Virus record (IMG/VR): IMGVR_UViG_3300031419_000529
Span: 27,173 to 91,172 of that record
Source of the DNA: a virus
Reading direction: 5' to 3' (one strand)
DNA: 64,000 nucleotides
Numbering within the stretch: the first letter of the stretch is position 1; each line of letters starts with the position of its first letter. Below are positions 10,056 through 19,167 of the stretch, piece by piece. The position numbers were made by a program, and so were the translations under genes. The notes beneath the pieces were generated by a model. That model searched no databases. It saw only the letters and a list, made by a program, of their open reading frames with translations, and was not told the DNA's origin.

Positions 10056-10298
10056 TTATATTTTGTTTACATCTAAACCAGCCTTGACCAACCTATCAAC
10101 AATGTTGCGCATTTTGCCAATTTCGGCAGTGTATGTTTTTGATATTCCAAGTTCTTCACATATTGCTTTTCGGTCAACACTAGATAAATCTTGAGCATAT
10201 TTTAGGAACTGGAGATGAAGTTCAGCTGTTTTTTCACCAACTGGAGCTTTACTTCTGGCGGATTTTATTGCCTTGTAAATTTCTTGTTCTTTCTTCAT
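10056..10298 (-). CDS. Small HTH-like protein (accessory)
   Basis: 80 aa; KAICEELGISKTYTAEIGKM helix-turn-helix-like; SD AAGGAG. Confidence 0.7.
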   Translation of the reverse strand: MKKEQEIYKAIKSARSKAPVGEKTAELHLQFLKYAQDLSSVDRKAICEELGISKTYTAEIGKMRNIVDRLVKAGLDVNKI

Positions 10299-10361
10299 AA
10301 CTTACTCCTTCATAAGAAAATTATTGCTTGAAATGGTAATGTTAATGAGTACAATCTAACC

Positions 10362-10548
10362 ACAGTTTTTTCTTCTTAGGCAATCATAAGGAGGCTAATT
10401 TTGGCCAACTTTTTGAATTGCCCCGCGGAACCTGTTTAGTTTTTTTAAAGGTTCCCCCTTCCCGGGGAAGATATCAAAAGAAGTACAGAGAAGGGGGCGC
10501 GAAAGCGTTCGTCAGCAAACTGGGCGCCGGAGAAATCCGGCGTTTTAA
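10362..10548 (+). ncRNA. Candidate structured RNA, antisense orientation to the left operon
   Basis: TTGAAA-16-TACAAT promoter-like; stems GGAACCT/AGGTTCC, CCCTTC/GAAGGG, CGC-GAAA-GCG; terminator CGCCGGA-GAAA-TCCGGCG-TTTT. Confidence 0.35.
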
Positions 10549-10591
10549 TTTGTCCAGTTACATCATGACGGATATTTTACGAATTTGCCTA

Positions 10592-10930
10592 TCAGTCGTT
10601 CCAACAGTCAATTTCGCATTCAATGTTCTCGTCGATTTCAATATTTGATGCTTCTTCATTGAGTGTATCTCGGGCTTCTTTTTCGTACCTAACTCTACAA
10701 CTGCCGAACCAACTGCTAAATTCTGGTGACCAGCCGTCGATCCCGTAATCGACCTTTGCGTTACGTTCTGCCATTTCCGACACCATGCAATCGGCGGTAA
10801 TGATGGCTGCACGCCGGATGTACCCCTTGAGGTCACGTTTGCGCCAGTATGGAGAACGCTTGGAATCGCAGATAGGTTTAAAGTGAACCTTCCAGCGCTG
10901 GATGCAGCGCCCTGTCAGTGTTTTGCTCAT
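10592..10930 (-). CDS. Hypothetical phage protein
   Basis: 112-aa ORF, SD GAGG, coupled to upstream stop. Confidence 0.7.
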   Translation of the reverse strand: MSKTLTGRCIQRWKVHFKPICDSKRSPYWRKRDLKGYIRRAAIITADCMVSEMAERNAKVDYGIDGWSPEFSSWFGSCRVRYEKEARDTLNEEASNIEIDENIECEIDCWND

Positions 10931-11109
10931 TATTCCACCTCTGACATCAGTGCTACGGCATCGAGCGGCTGGCAGGCGTAATCCGCTGCGAGCAGCATTT
11001 GGTCCTCGATATCGAGATGACAGTTCACCTCGTCGGGGTACACCACGCCTTCAAAGCGGTAACACTCAGGCTGCCCGCTCAGGCAGAACAGGAAAAAAAG
11101 TCCGTACAT
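10930..11109 (-). CDS. Small YebW/DUF1482-like protein (59 aa, not in ORF track)
   Basis: Hand translation MYGLFFLFCLSGQPECYRFEGVVYPDEVNCHLDIEDQMLLAADYACQPLDAVALMSEVE; SD AAGGA; 4-Cys pattern like YebW. Confidence 0.65.
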   Translation of the reverse strand: MYGLFFLFCLSGQPECYRFEGVVYPDEVNCHLDIEDQMLLAADYACQPLDAVALMSEVE

Positions 11110-11148
11110 AGGGATCCTTAACCGCGCAGGTATGCGGCGAGAGGGGAA

Positions 11149-11445
11149 TTAATAGAGGTAATTTCCGATAGAGATAGGCTTGATACCGAGTTTTTCAGCG
11201 ATGTGACGTGGGCGAACACCCGCAGCGTAAAGCTGCCTGGCAAGCTCAGTATCTTCTTGGGGGTACTTTGTGCTGTGATGGTAATCACCGCGTTTTTGCA
11301 GGCTGATATGAAGTTTGTGTGCTTGGCTCTTAACCGCGTGTTTAGTGCGTCCTATCAGCAGGCCAATATCTTCAGCTGTGAGCTTTGCAGCGTATTTTCG
11401 AAGGATGTTTATCTCTGATTCTTGCCACTCCGGGAATATTTGCAT
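11149..11445 (-). CDS. HTH-type DNA-binding phage protein
   Basis: WQESEINILRK...IGRTKHAVKSQAHKL Myb/HTH-like, second HTH at C-term. Confidence 0.7.
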   Translation of the reverse strand: MQIFPEWQESEINILRKYAAKLTAEDIGLLIGRTKHAVKSQAHKLHISLQKRGDYHHSTKYPQEDTELARQLYAAGVRPRHIAEKLGIKPISIGNYLY

Positions 11446-11469
11446 AAATCCTCCTTTCTTGGTGGGGGG

Positions 11470-11694
11470 CTATTTGCGCCGCCCCCAGACCAAACGGTCA
11501 TAAGCCAGGCAGATCAGCTCGCAGATTGGTATCGCTACGTAGAACGCAATTAGCAGCAGCGGCCACACAATCGCCTCACAGGCGACAAAGCCAGCACTGT
11601 CTTTTTTTGCATTGACTGGGCGACGGAGCATGCAGCCGATCACGAAAGCGGTCGGCACACCGATGAGGTAGATGATGAGTGTGATGATCCACAT
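11470..11694 (-). CDS. Small membrane protein
   Basis: Two hydrophobic segments; coupled to upstream stop. Confidence 0.6.
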   Translation of the reverse strand: MWIITLIIYLIGVPTAFVIGCMLRRPVNAKKDSAGFVACEAIVWPLLLIAFYVAIPICELICLAYDRLVWGRRK

Positions 11695-11996
11695 TAGGAC
11701 TGCTTCCTTGGGGCTTTCGCGCTTTTGTCACGCCAAGTACGAGCATTGACCTTGAAGGATTTCCCCTTGCCGCCACTGAACAGCATGTTTTTCTGCACGG
11801 CGCGCTTAGAATATCCATGGGTTAGGACATCATTAGGGAAGCCGTGGCGCACTAGTACGTAAACGCTGTGGCGCTTGCCGTTCTCCACCATCATCTTGGC
11901 AGCCGCGAGGCCCATGGCAGACATAAAGCTGTCGCACTTGTCGTCGGGCTGGATATGGCGGATATAAAGCACGCCCTTAAGGTATTTGCTGCTCAT
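11694..11996 (-). CDS. Hypothetical phage protein
   Basis: Operon context. Confidence 0.6.
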   Translation of the reverse strand: MSSKYLKGVLYIRHIQPDDKCDSFMSAMGLAAAKMMVENGKRHSVYVLVRHGFPNDVLTHGYSKRAVQKNMLFSGGKGKSFKVNARTWRDKSAKAPRKQS

Positions 11997-12000
11997 TACA

Positions 12001-12312
12001 TCAATTTTCCTTGGCGCTAATAGCGCCGGTAATAGGGTTGATCACCACGTCGCTTTGCAACGGGCAAATTCGTTTGTATTTGACGGGTTTGTTCTTGAGG
12101 TAGGTCAGTTTGCCAGGGGTGAAAATGGCGATGTCATCGATATCGAAAATGGCAGCGATTTTCTTTATCGCGTCCTGCATATTGGCTTCGACCGCATGCT
12201 GCCAAACTTCCCGGCGGCCCTGCTTGACCTCCATAAGAGTTAAACTTCGCGGGAAAGGCGGCTCAGGATCTCTTGCTTTGACGGGATCCGGATCTGGTGG
12301 GCAAGCATCCAC
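12001..12312 (-). CDS. Hypothetical phage protein (true start probably 12234)
   Basis: Operon context; MEVKQGRREVW start follows the upstream stop. Confidence 0.55.
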   Translation of the reverse strand: MDACPPDPDPVKARDPEPPFPRSLTLMEVKQGRREVWQHAVEANMQDAIKKIAAIFDIDDIAIFTPGKLTYLKNKPVKYKRICPLQSDVVINPITGAISAKEN

Positions 12313-12662
12313 GCTTTGCGCTGCGTCTGCGTTTTGTGTTCCAACATTTTGCGGATGTCCGGCAGCGGAATACCGGTATCACCGGAGATCGTGTGTTCGT
12401 TATGCCCAGCACGGTGGAACTGGTAAACGGCCAGCATTACCGTTGATGAATAGCGCTGGCGCATGCCGATGTTCACCGAGTCCAATTTGCGCTTGGCCGG
12501 CGGCAGGCCGTTTCCCTGATATATGGGCTTGGGTTCATGTTGGTATGGCATGCCGCTGCGGATCGCGGCGCGGGCACGCATTCGCCAGATAATCACCGCG
12601 ATATAGCAGCACTTATCATCCTCGGGCTTGTAGATTTTGCCGTAGTTCAATTTATCATCCAT
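12240..12662 (-). CDS. Hypothetical phage protein
   Basis: 140-aa ORF in left operon. Confidence 0.65.
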   Translation of the reverse strand: MDDKLNYGKIYKPEDDKCCYIAVIIWRMRARAAIRSGMPYQHEPKPIYQGNGLPPAKRKLDSVNIGMRQRYSSTVMLAVYQFHRAGHNEHTISGDTGIPLPDIRKMLEHKTQTQRKAWMLAHQIRIPSKQEILSRLSREV

Positions 12663-12663
12663 A

Positions 12664-13818
12664 TCAGGCCGCCTTCTGCTTTTCTTCGGATTCCCACTCT
12701 TTCACCGTTTTCATGCAGGCCGCGTGCACCTGGCGCGCGGTAGCGATACCGAAGCCTTTAACGGTTTCTGATAGTTCTTCCGGGGTGAGGCTGACGGCGG
12801 CATAAAGTGAATTGAGGCCGGAGGTATTCAGCAGATCCAGCCACTGGGGTTTTAGCTGCGGTAGCGAACTGAGCGGGATACCTTCAGCCCAGTCGGCACG
12901 CAGGACAAGGTGAGGGTGGCTGCGCTCGAGTAGCTCGCTGATACGGTTGCAAATCGCTGAACCAAGTTCTTCCGGCCAAGCCTGCTTGAAAACGTCCAAT
13001 GTTGGGTAACGCGGCCGGCACCATTCAGTTACTGAGACGATGACGCCGATCCCGGTGTTGGTTCTGACCTCAATGTGCCAATCGATGTCCTGCAGGATCT
13101 GCAGTTGCACATCGCGGTCATCTGAACCGAACGATAATCGCCAACCGAAGGTATAAAAGTAAAAGTGGATGCCGCTGCTGTCGCTGGCGCGGTACCAGAC
13201 TGGCGCCACATCACCGTCGATGTTTTGTAAGCGCGACTGTAATTCCCCAACGGTATCTTCCAGCACGGAATTACTGTGCGCGGCTTGAGCTAGCGATGTT
13301 TTTAGATCCGCCGCTTCGCCGCGGGCTTTACGTATTTCCGCTTTTTGTTGGTCGAGCAATTGCACCTTGAACTTCAAATCTTCTTTCAGCCTGATGATCT
13401 GCTTTTGCAGTGCCTGCGGGTTGAGGGATTTCAGGGTGTTGTTGTCTTTGACGAGCAGATTATTATCGCTGGTGAGCTGCTTCACCCTGGCGCGCGCTAT
13501 CTCTGAGTTAGCATTGGCCTCTTTGGCGACAACGGTCTGCTCATCCAGTTGATCCTGTAGGCTGGTGATCTGCAATTGTTGCGTGGTTATGTCGGCTTGT
13601 AGCGCCTCGTGCCGGTCGAGCAGTTCGTTAAATTCATCGACATCAACGTTGTGCTGCTCGATACACAGGGACTGTGCTTGGTTTAGCAAAACGCCTGCGC
13701 TCTCAACGGAGCGCTGCGCAGTCCCTGTGGTCTGTTCGGTTGCAAGGTCGAGCTGCGCCCGAACGGGGCGCAGGGCTGATTCCAACACGCTGGCAACGGT
13801 TGTTAGTGTGGTACTCAT
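12664..13818 (-). CDS. Coiled-coil phage protein with C-terminal HhH-like motif
   Basis: Long heptad region; VKGFGIATA HhH-like; SD AAGGA. Confidence 0.7.
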   Translation of the reverse strand: MSTTLTTVASVLESALRPVRAQLDLATEQTTGTAQRSVESAGVLLNQAQSLCIEQHNVDVDEFNELLDRHEALQADITTQQLQITSLQDQLDEQTVVAKEANANSEIARARVKQLTSDNNLLVKDNNTLKSLNPQALQKQIIRLKEDLKFKVQLLDQQKAEIRKARGEAADLKTSLAQAAHSNSVLEDTVGELQSRLQNIDGDVAPVWYRASDSSGIHFYFYTFGWRLSFGSDDRDVQLQILQDIDWHIEVRTNTGIGVIVSVTEWCRPRYPTLDVFKQAWPEELGSAICNRISELLERSHPHLVLRADWAEGIPLSSLPQLKPQWLDLLNTSGLNSLYAAVSLTPEELSETVKGFGIATARQVHAACMKTVKEWESEEKQKAA

Positions 13819-13858
13819 GGATGTTCCTTATGCGGGTCTGCTGGCGCAGGGTGCTCGA

Positions 13859-15457
13859 TTAAACGTTGGCAGAGATGTGGCGAATGCGACCGGCGATGAT
13901 TGCAGGAATAAGCTGGTTCAACGCTGCCGCGCTGATCTTGATGCCTTCGGCGGCCAGATCGGCTTTAACATCATTGATGATCTCCGTGATGCCCATACCT
14001 GCTGGCTTTAATTCTTCAGTGGCCACCGCCGGAGCGCCGCCCAAAGTTTCGGGATACTTGAACGCTGCAGCCGAGTGAAGCGGGGCATTAGCAACAGGCT
14101 CAGGATCTTCAATTGGTGCAGCCTTTGCCGGCAGTAATGCGGCGGCTGCCTGTCGTTCCCGCTCAATACGTTCGTCATCAAGTTTCTTCTGGTTGCTGAT
14201 CCGCTGTTCAATCAGCAGCTTCAGATGCTCGCTGTCGTTCCCAATGAGTTGGTTGATATCGGCAAATAACGGTTTAAACGCCGGTTCAATCACGTCGAAC
14301 AGTTTCAGATTCGCCTGGTACTTATCGCAGATCTGGTTGGCTTCGATTTTTGCGCGTGCCAATTCGTCGTTTGCGGCCCCCTGTAGTGATGTCAGGGTTT
14401 TCTTTCCCTTGATGGCGCTGACAAAGTCCGCAGGGATAATCGGCAGGTGGACGGCACCGAGCTGGACATTTAAAGCACTAATATGTTCATTCAGCGCTGT
14501 CTTGGCCTTGCTGATGATTTCAGCGCGGAGCTCATCTTTACGTGACTTCACCAGCTTTGTGAGTTCCAAGCGTTTGGCGCGCATCGCTTCGCGCAAGGTG
14601 TCGATTGTGCGGAATAGCTCATCAATCTCAACTGTCTGCGACAACGCCTGCTGTTTGATGAGGTCGAGTTCGGACTCAGCCTTGTCGCAGAACTTCACTG
14701 TTTCCTCCGCGTCGGCGAAGTCCTGATCTGTCACGAGGCTAGTATTGATAGATTCAATGAAGGCCAGAGCTTTCCCTTGGTAAACGGTGAGGTTTGACTG
14801 TTTTACTGCGCCTTCAATCTCCACCATCAGTGCTGGCAGTCGCATGATCGATTTGCCCTGCGGTGGTTCTTTCAGCGTACCAGGCTCGTAACCGTCCAGA
14901 TCCTGCTTGAACTGCTGCCAGCCGGCTATCAGTGCATCCGCGCGCCCCGGCACTGGGGTGTACTCCATGGAAGCAAAGTTTTCCTCGGTACCGTCGGAAC
15001 AAACGAAAATTACGCGCTCCGCACCGCTTACCAGCAACTGCTGCTCCAATTGCCAGTAATATTCTGGTGGTAACTCCTGCTGCCGCACGGATTCCGCCAG
15101 GCCGGTATTCCACATTTTATGTTCGAACAGCGTGTCTTCCATCATGGTCATGCCGTCGAAGGAGGCCAACAAACACCCCATGTCATCAATAGCTGTTGCC
15201 GGATAAAGTTCGTCGCCGATCATGCTCTCGACGATGACACGCGCGGTTGCCTCTTGCTGGTGGCCTTTATCGAAAAGGTTGGTTTGCACCCAGTCGCTGA
15301 TCTCCCGTTCGGTACCGGTGGCTTTCATGCTCAGCAGTTCGTCGCGGCGCATTTTGCTGGACGCGGCCATCATTACTGGTGCTTCGCTGGCGGTGAAGTG
15401 TTTGGCACGCAGCGCGTGCCATTCAGCAGAACCCTGCTGTACGTTAATGATTTGCAT
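13859..15457 (-). CDS. YqaJ/lambda-exonuclease family protein
   Basis: QGSAEWHALR..TASEAP, LASFDG, FEHK, YYWQLEQQLLV; adjacent to bet. Confidence 0.92.
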   Translation of the reverse strand: MQIINVQQGSAEWHALRAKHFTASEAPVMMAASSKMRRDELLSMKATGTEREISDWVQTNLFDKGHQQEATARVIVESMIGDELYPATAIDDMGCLLASFDGMTMMEDTLFEHKMWNTGLAESVRQQELPPEYYWQLEQQLLVSGAERVIFVCSDGTEENFASMEYTPVPGRADALIAGWQQFKQDLDGYEPGTLKEPPQGKSIMRLPALMVEIEGAVKQSNLTVYQGKALAFIESINTSLVTDQDFADAEETVKFCDKAESELDLIKQQALSQTVEIDELFRTIDTLREAMRAKRLELTKLVKSRKDELRAEIISKAKTALNEHISALNVQLGAVHLPIIPADFVSAIKGKKTLTSLQGAANDELARAKIEANQICDKYQANLKLFDVIEPAFKPLFADINQLIGNDSEHLKLLIEQRISNQKKLDDERIERERQAAAALLPAKAAPIEDPEPVANAPLHSAAAFKYPETLGGAPAVATEELKPAGMGITEIINDVKADLAAEGIKISAAALNQLIPAIIAGRIRHISANV

Positions 15458-16283
15458 CGATAGGCTCCAATTTACGGATAGCTTCGGTTTGAGCTTCTGA
15501 AAGGATGAATTTGGTGCTGACGGTCGCGATCACGGCATCGGCTTTTTTACTGCCGGATTCGATCATCCTTTGCCAGCCAGGGAGGTTTTGATTGAATTTG
15601 TCAGCTGGGTAATGTGGCAACGTCAACGGCGTTTGGGTTTCTTTGTGGGGCGTCACATCCTTGGCGTCGCTGATATCCAAGGATTTACCTTCCATTTCTT
15701 CAGCCGTAGGCTGCTGGCCGATTTCGGGCCATGCTTTGCGTAGTGCCTGCGCTTCGGCGCATTTCGCTAGCTGGCCATAAGGGCGTTTCTTCCACATAGC
15801 GTTCGGCGCGGAGCTATCACGGCCAGCAGTCGCGTAATTCTCCATCCAGTATTCTTTGGCGCTGAATTCGACGATCTTGCCGTCGGGCATACTCTTGCAA
15901 ACGGTGTACTTGCACCAGGCGGGAAAGGTGATTTCAACGCCATTTAGCGTTTTTGTAATGTCGTCACCAAATTCAGGCTCATTTGCACCCGCATAGCTCC
16001 CTGAGCGATCGGCCTGAATGCGATAAAGGCCGATGCCGGGCATCACTACGTCGCGCCATTCGTTTTTGCCTGATTGGGCATCTTTAACGCTCATCGGTAC
16101 CAAGTGAACCGGCTTCATCAGCGGATCCAACTGACGAGCGATGCAATAGCTGACAGCCATGACAACAGAGTCATCCCGCGCGCCGGGATAAATGGAGTTT
16201 TTCAGCGCGTTCCAGGTAGGCTCATCGATCCCCATGGCCGCGACAGATTGTGGCAAAGTGCCTGTTGTTACCATGTTGCTCAT
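15444..16283 (-). CDS. bet: Phage recombination protein Bet (Red-beta)
   Basis: LDPLMKPVHLVP, GIGLYRIQADRSG, MWKKRPYGQLAKCAEAQALRKAWP. Confidence 0.94.
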   Translation of the reverse strand: MSNMVTTGTLPQSVAAMGIDEPTWNALKNSIYPGARDDSVVMAVSYCIARQLDPLMKPVHLVPMSVKDAQSGKNEWRDVVMPGIGLYRIQADRSGSYAGANEPEFGDDITKTLNGVEITFPAWCKYTVCKSMPDGKIVEFSAKEYWMENYATAGRDSSAPNAMWKKRPYGQLAKCAEAQALRKAWPEIGQQPTAEEMEGKSLDISDAKDVTPHKETQTPLTLPHYPADKFNQNLPGWQRMIESGSKKADAVIATVSTKFILSEAQTEAIRKLEPIDANH

Positions 16284-16438
16284 TGGTCAGCCCTCACGGA
16301 GTTACGGATAGATAAGCGGAAAACGCTGAGAACGACGGCGCAGGCTTTCAACGGATGGCGGCGGTGCTTGAATTGGTGAATATTGTGGCTGCCGATCCGG
16401 TGTTGGTACTGGATCTGTTGGATAGGGTTATGGCTCAT
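16280..16438 (-). CDS. Small 52-aa protein coupled to bet (not in ORF track)
   Basis: GGAG SD; MSHNPIQQIQYQHRIGSHNIHQFKHRRHPLKACAVVLSVFRLSIRNSVRADQ; stop overlaps bet ATG (ATGA). Confidence 0.55.
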   Translation of the reverse strand: MSHNPIQQIQYQHRIGSHNIHQFKHRRHPLKACAVVLSVFRLSIRNSVRADQ

Positions 16439-16446
16439 GGTATTCT
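16418..16446 (+). promoter_or_regulatory. Sigma70 promoter for the antisense sRNA
   Basis: TTGGAT-17 bp-TATTCT with extended TGn. Confidence 0.7.
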
Positions 16447-16452
16447 CCGTGT

Positions 16453-16565
16453 TGATCGGGGGTGGTTCCCCGGTCAGCTAGCTGGTGGCCTTTGGTCATT
16501 GGCCAGTCCTTATGATTTGCGGTTTGGTCGCCGCATTTCGGGATAGCCCCGCTTGCGGGGCTTTT
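16453..16565 (+). ncRNA. Candidate multi-target antisense sRNA (three UGGU-loop hairpins plus terminator)
   Basis: Hairpins 16453-16476 (loop UGGU, two G.U pairs valid only on +), 16486-16505 (UUUGGUCAUU), 16518-16535 (UUUGGUCG); terminator AGCCCCG-CUUG-CGGGGCU-UUU. Confidence 0.7.
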
Positions 16566-16578
16566 CTCGTTTATGGGG

Positions 16579-16911
16579 TTAGTGAATTTCGTGCAGTTCC
16601 GGATCATGTGCTGCTTCCAGCTCCATCGCTCGTTCGGCTTTTGCGATCCGTGTAAGGATTTCGGTTTGCACCGAGTAAAGGTATTCCTCCATATCAGGCG
16701 ACTCGGTCAGTGCGACAAGAGGGCGCTTGTCTAACCCCGCGATGTGGCAGCGTTCCGCAATCAGCTTTTGAAACACTGATACCCGCAGGCTTTTCCGCAT
16801 CCCTTCAATACGCGCATCGAGCAGCGTTTTTTCATCAGGATCCGCCGCTAGCGTGCGGTCATACTGCTCTAGCGTCTCCTCAACCATCCGCTGATAGTTA
16901 TAGTCATGCAT
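16579..16911 (-). CDS. Hypothetical phage protein
   Basis: 110-aa ORF, SD AGGT. Confidence 0.7.
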   Translation of the reverse strand: MHDYNYQRMVEETLEQYDRTLAADPDEKTLLDARIEGMRKSLRVSVFQKLIAERCHIAGLDKRPLVALTESPDMEEYLYSVQTEILTRIAKAERAMELEAAHDPELHEIH

Positions 16912-17044
16912 TTATTTACCTAACTTATAATGTTAATTGATATAAATTTAAGTGATACTATTTGCATTAAGGATTTGTTTTCTAGGTGAAAAAACAAATA
17001 ATGGATGTATAATAAAGAAATTAATATTTTAAAGTGATGAAATA

Positions 17045-18424
17045 ATGGACGAGTTAAATATATTAAATAATCTTAATAAATTGCGCAGACTTATTTCTGA
17101 TATAGAGTCTTCAAATGTAGGTAGTAAGAATGACTTGCACTTCGAGGCTAGAGAAAATGTAAAGCAATTGTTAGAGGGGAATGTTTTTATTATTCGTGGA
17201 GCTTTATCCTCTCTCGAATCTAGTAATAAAAGAGTTCTCAAGAATTCTGAGATTGAAGATGTCAAACACACTTTATCGTTTGTGAGTAAAATTTGCTCAG
17301 ATATTAACGATTTAAATGCAAAAAGTCCTTTGTACATAGCCGCTGTAAGAAATAACTTAACTAAAATGGATGAGTTATTAGAGCAAATAAAGCCTATTGT
17401 TAGGTTTTTTGTTACAACAGGCAGTGGGCTAAATGATAGTAGTGCAATGGTCGAGCGAGTTAAAAATACACTAAAAGATGCATCAATTCTCCATCATACA
17501 ATGACGGTAAAACTAGCAAAATTAGATGAGAAAATAGATTCAGCCTCTAAAATAATTGGTGCTTCTTCGGCTAAGTTTGAAAAAATATCAAAAAACTTAG
17601 ATAACCTTGAAGAATCTAATAGCAAATATCAAAAAACAATCTCATTATTGGATTTAGAGTCTGATTTGATTTCTGAAAGGAAAAGTGAGTTAACTGCAGC
17701 ATATGAACTTCTTTCTAGTGTAAAAAAAACATATAGTGAAAATAACGAAACTTTAAAAACTATAGGTGACAACCTATCAAGTTTAGAGAGTAGTGTTAGT
17801 GACATAGAGTCTAGGGCGACAAATGCTAAAAACGATCTTGATAGTAAAACAAGTGAAATTGACTCTATAATTGCACAGGCAGCAGCTGCTTTAGAAACGA
17901 CAACTACTGTATCGGTTGGGACTTTCTTCAAAGAGCAGTATGACATTTCTAAAAACCGCATGTTTATTTGGCCATCTTTTGCACTTGCATTCTTAATTGG
18001 GGCAATATGGATTTGCTATGATACCTTAAGCGATATTCGTCATGGGGTTGTTGATGGTGGAGCTGAACTGCCTTATATAATTGCAAGGTTTTGTATTGCG
18101 CCATTATTCTTATTAGGTGTTTGGTTCTGTACTAATCAGTATATTAAACAAAAAAATATAACTGAAGATTACGCATATAAGAAAGTTTTATCTTTATCAT
18201 TAATTGGCTTCAAGTCCGAGATACAGAAAACTGGCGAGGCCAATACGACAGGATTTATAAAATCACTACTAAAAGAAATCCTTCGCTCTCCTTTGGAAAC
18301 TTTAGATAAAAAGCATTACAAGAGAGAGACAAAACTATTAAAATTAGCGCATGATGAGATGATTTCCAATATGTTTAAAAAAGTGTCTCCGCAAAAGACC
18401 GAAGTTGACGAAGAAAAAAAGTAA
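17045..18424 (+). CDS. AT-rich moron: long coiled coil plus 2 TM helices (candidate defence/exclusion)
   Basis: Opposite strand to operon, low GC, heptads, TM segments IWPSFALAFLIGAIWIC and CIAPLFLLGVWFC; own terminator. Confidence 0.8.
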   Translation: MDELNILNNLNKLRRLISDIESSNVGSKNDLHFEARENVKQLLEGNVFIIRGALSSLESSNKRVLKNSEIEDVKHTLSFVSKICSDINDLNAKSPLYIAAVRNNLTKMDELLEQIKPIVRFFVTTGSGLNDSSAMVERVKNTLKDASILHHTMTVKLAKLDEKIDSASKIIGASSAKFEKISKNLDNLEESNSKYQKTISLLDLESDLISERKSELTAAYELLSSVKKTYSENNETLKTIGDNLSSLESSVSDIESRATNAKNDLDSKTSEIDSIIAQAAAALETTTTVSVGTFFKEQYDISKNRMFIWPSFALAFLIGAIWICYDTLSDIRHGVVDGGAELPYIIARFCIAPLFLLGVWFCTNQYIKQKNITEDYAYKKVLSLSLIGFKSEIQKTGEANTTGFIKSLLKEILRSPLETLDKKHYKRETKLLKLAHDEMISNMFKKVSPQKTEVDEEKK

Positions 18425-18442
18425 CTTAATACTTTTTATCAT

Positions 18443-18474
18443 AAAAAAAGCCACAGCATTGAGCTGTGGCTTTT
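18443..18474. terminator. Bidirectional terminator
   Basis: A7-GCCACAGC-attga-GCTGTGGC-T4. Confidence 0.85.
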
Positions 18475-18486
18475 CTATTAGTGTAA

Positions 18487-18750
18487 TCAAAAGACCCCAT
18501 GGGGTACGCGGCTGCAACCGCGCATTTTCTGGCGGCCGGCGGCGCTGATTTGCCCTGGTGCAAGAAGTTCGCTCTCAACCGTGCGGCGTTTGCGTGGCTT
18601 CGGTGGTGCTGGCATATCCGGCATCGTTTTACAGCGGGTGATCACCAACGTTGTTTTTTCGATACGGTCGCTGCTGCGTTGGATACGCTCTTGAAGTTCA
18701 CGAGCGCGGCGGAGTGTTGCTGATTTTGCTTTTGCTGTAATCATGGTCAT
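18487..18750 (-). CDS. N: Lambda N-like antitermination protein
   Basis: Arg-rich N-term (SATLRRARE); C-term GRQKMRGCSRVP resembles lambda N GRQKIKGKSIP; boxA upstream in pL leader. Confidence 0.7.
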   Translation of the reverse strand: MTMITAKAKSATLRRARELQERIQRSSDRIEKTTLVITRCKTMPDMPAPPKPRKRRTVESELLAPGQISAAGRQKMRGCSRVPHGVF

Positions 18751-18887
18751 TGGTCAGTCCTCGGGTGGTACTTTGTGTCGTGAGCATTTTGGTTATTAAT
18801 GCTTTTTGAATGATTAGGTTACCTGCTTTTTTCCACATCAGGCGAGGTGGTATCTTGGTGTTTCCACACAACCAAGAAGGCAAAACA

Positions 18888-19167
18888 GATGGCATCTTTT
18901 ACTGTTCGTGTTGAACTGAAGAATTCTGATTGGGATACGTACAATAAACTCCATGAAAAAATGAGGTTGTCCGGCTACTCGCGCCAGATTAGGGCGGACA
19001 CAGGAGTTATCTATCAGTTGCCTGATGCGGAGTATGTGGCAGAAAAAACACTTACGGTTGTGCAAGTTCACGGGGAGGTAAAAGCTATAGCGTCATCTCT
19101 CAATAGCGATCCTCATGTGTTTGTCACGGAAGCTGTTCGTTGGTACTGGAACTTAGATCGAGCCTGA
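18888..19167 (+). CDS. GhoS/DUF2622-like protein (likely start 18888)
   Basis: FTVRVEL...YNKLHEKM...GYSRQI...GVIYQLPDAEY; extended -10 TGGTATCTT upstream. Confidence 0.75.

Noticed and set aside
10490-10520. Hammerhead ribozyme (CTGACGA on minus strand)
   Set aside because: No GAAA core after stem II on that strand
16428-16499. 23-aa minus-strand ORF (MTKGHQL...) starting at the motif variant
   Set aside because: Not called as CDS: it is explained by the antisense copy, and wobble pairs, promoter and terminator favour a + strand RNA; translation is not excluded
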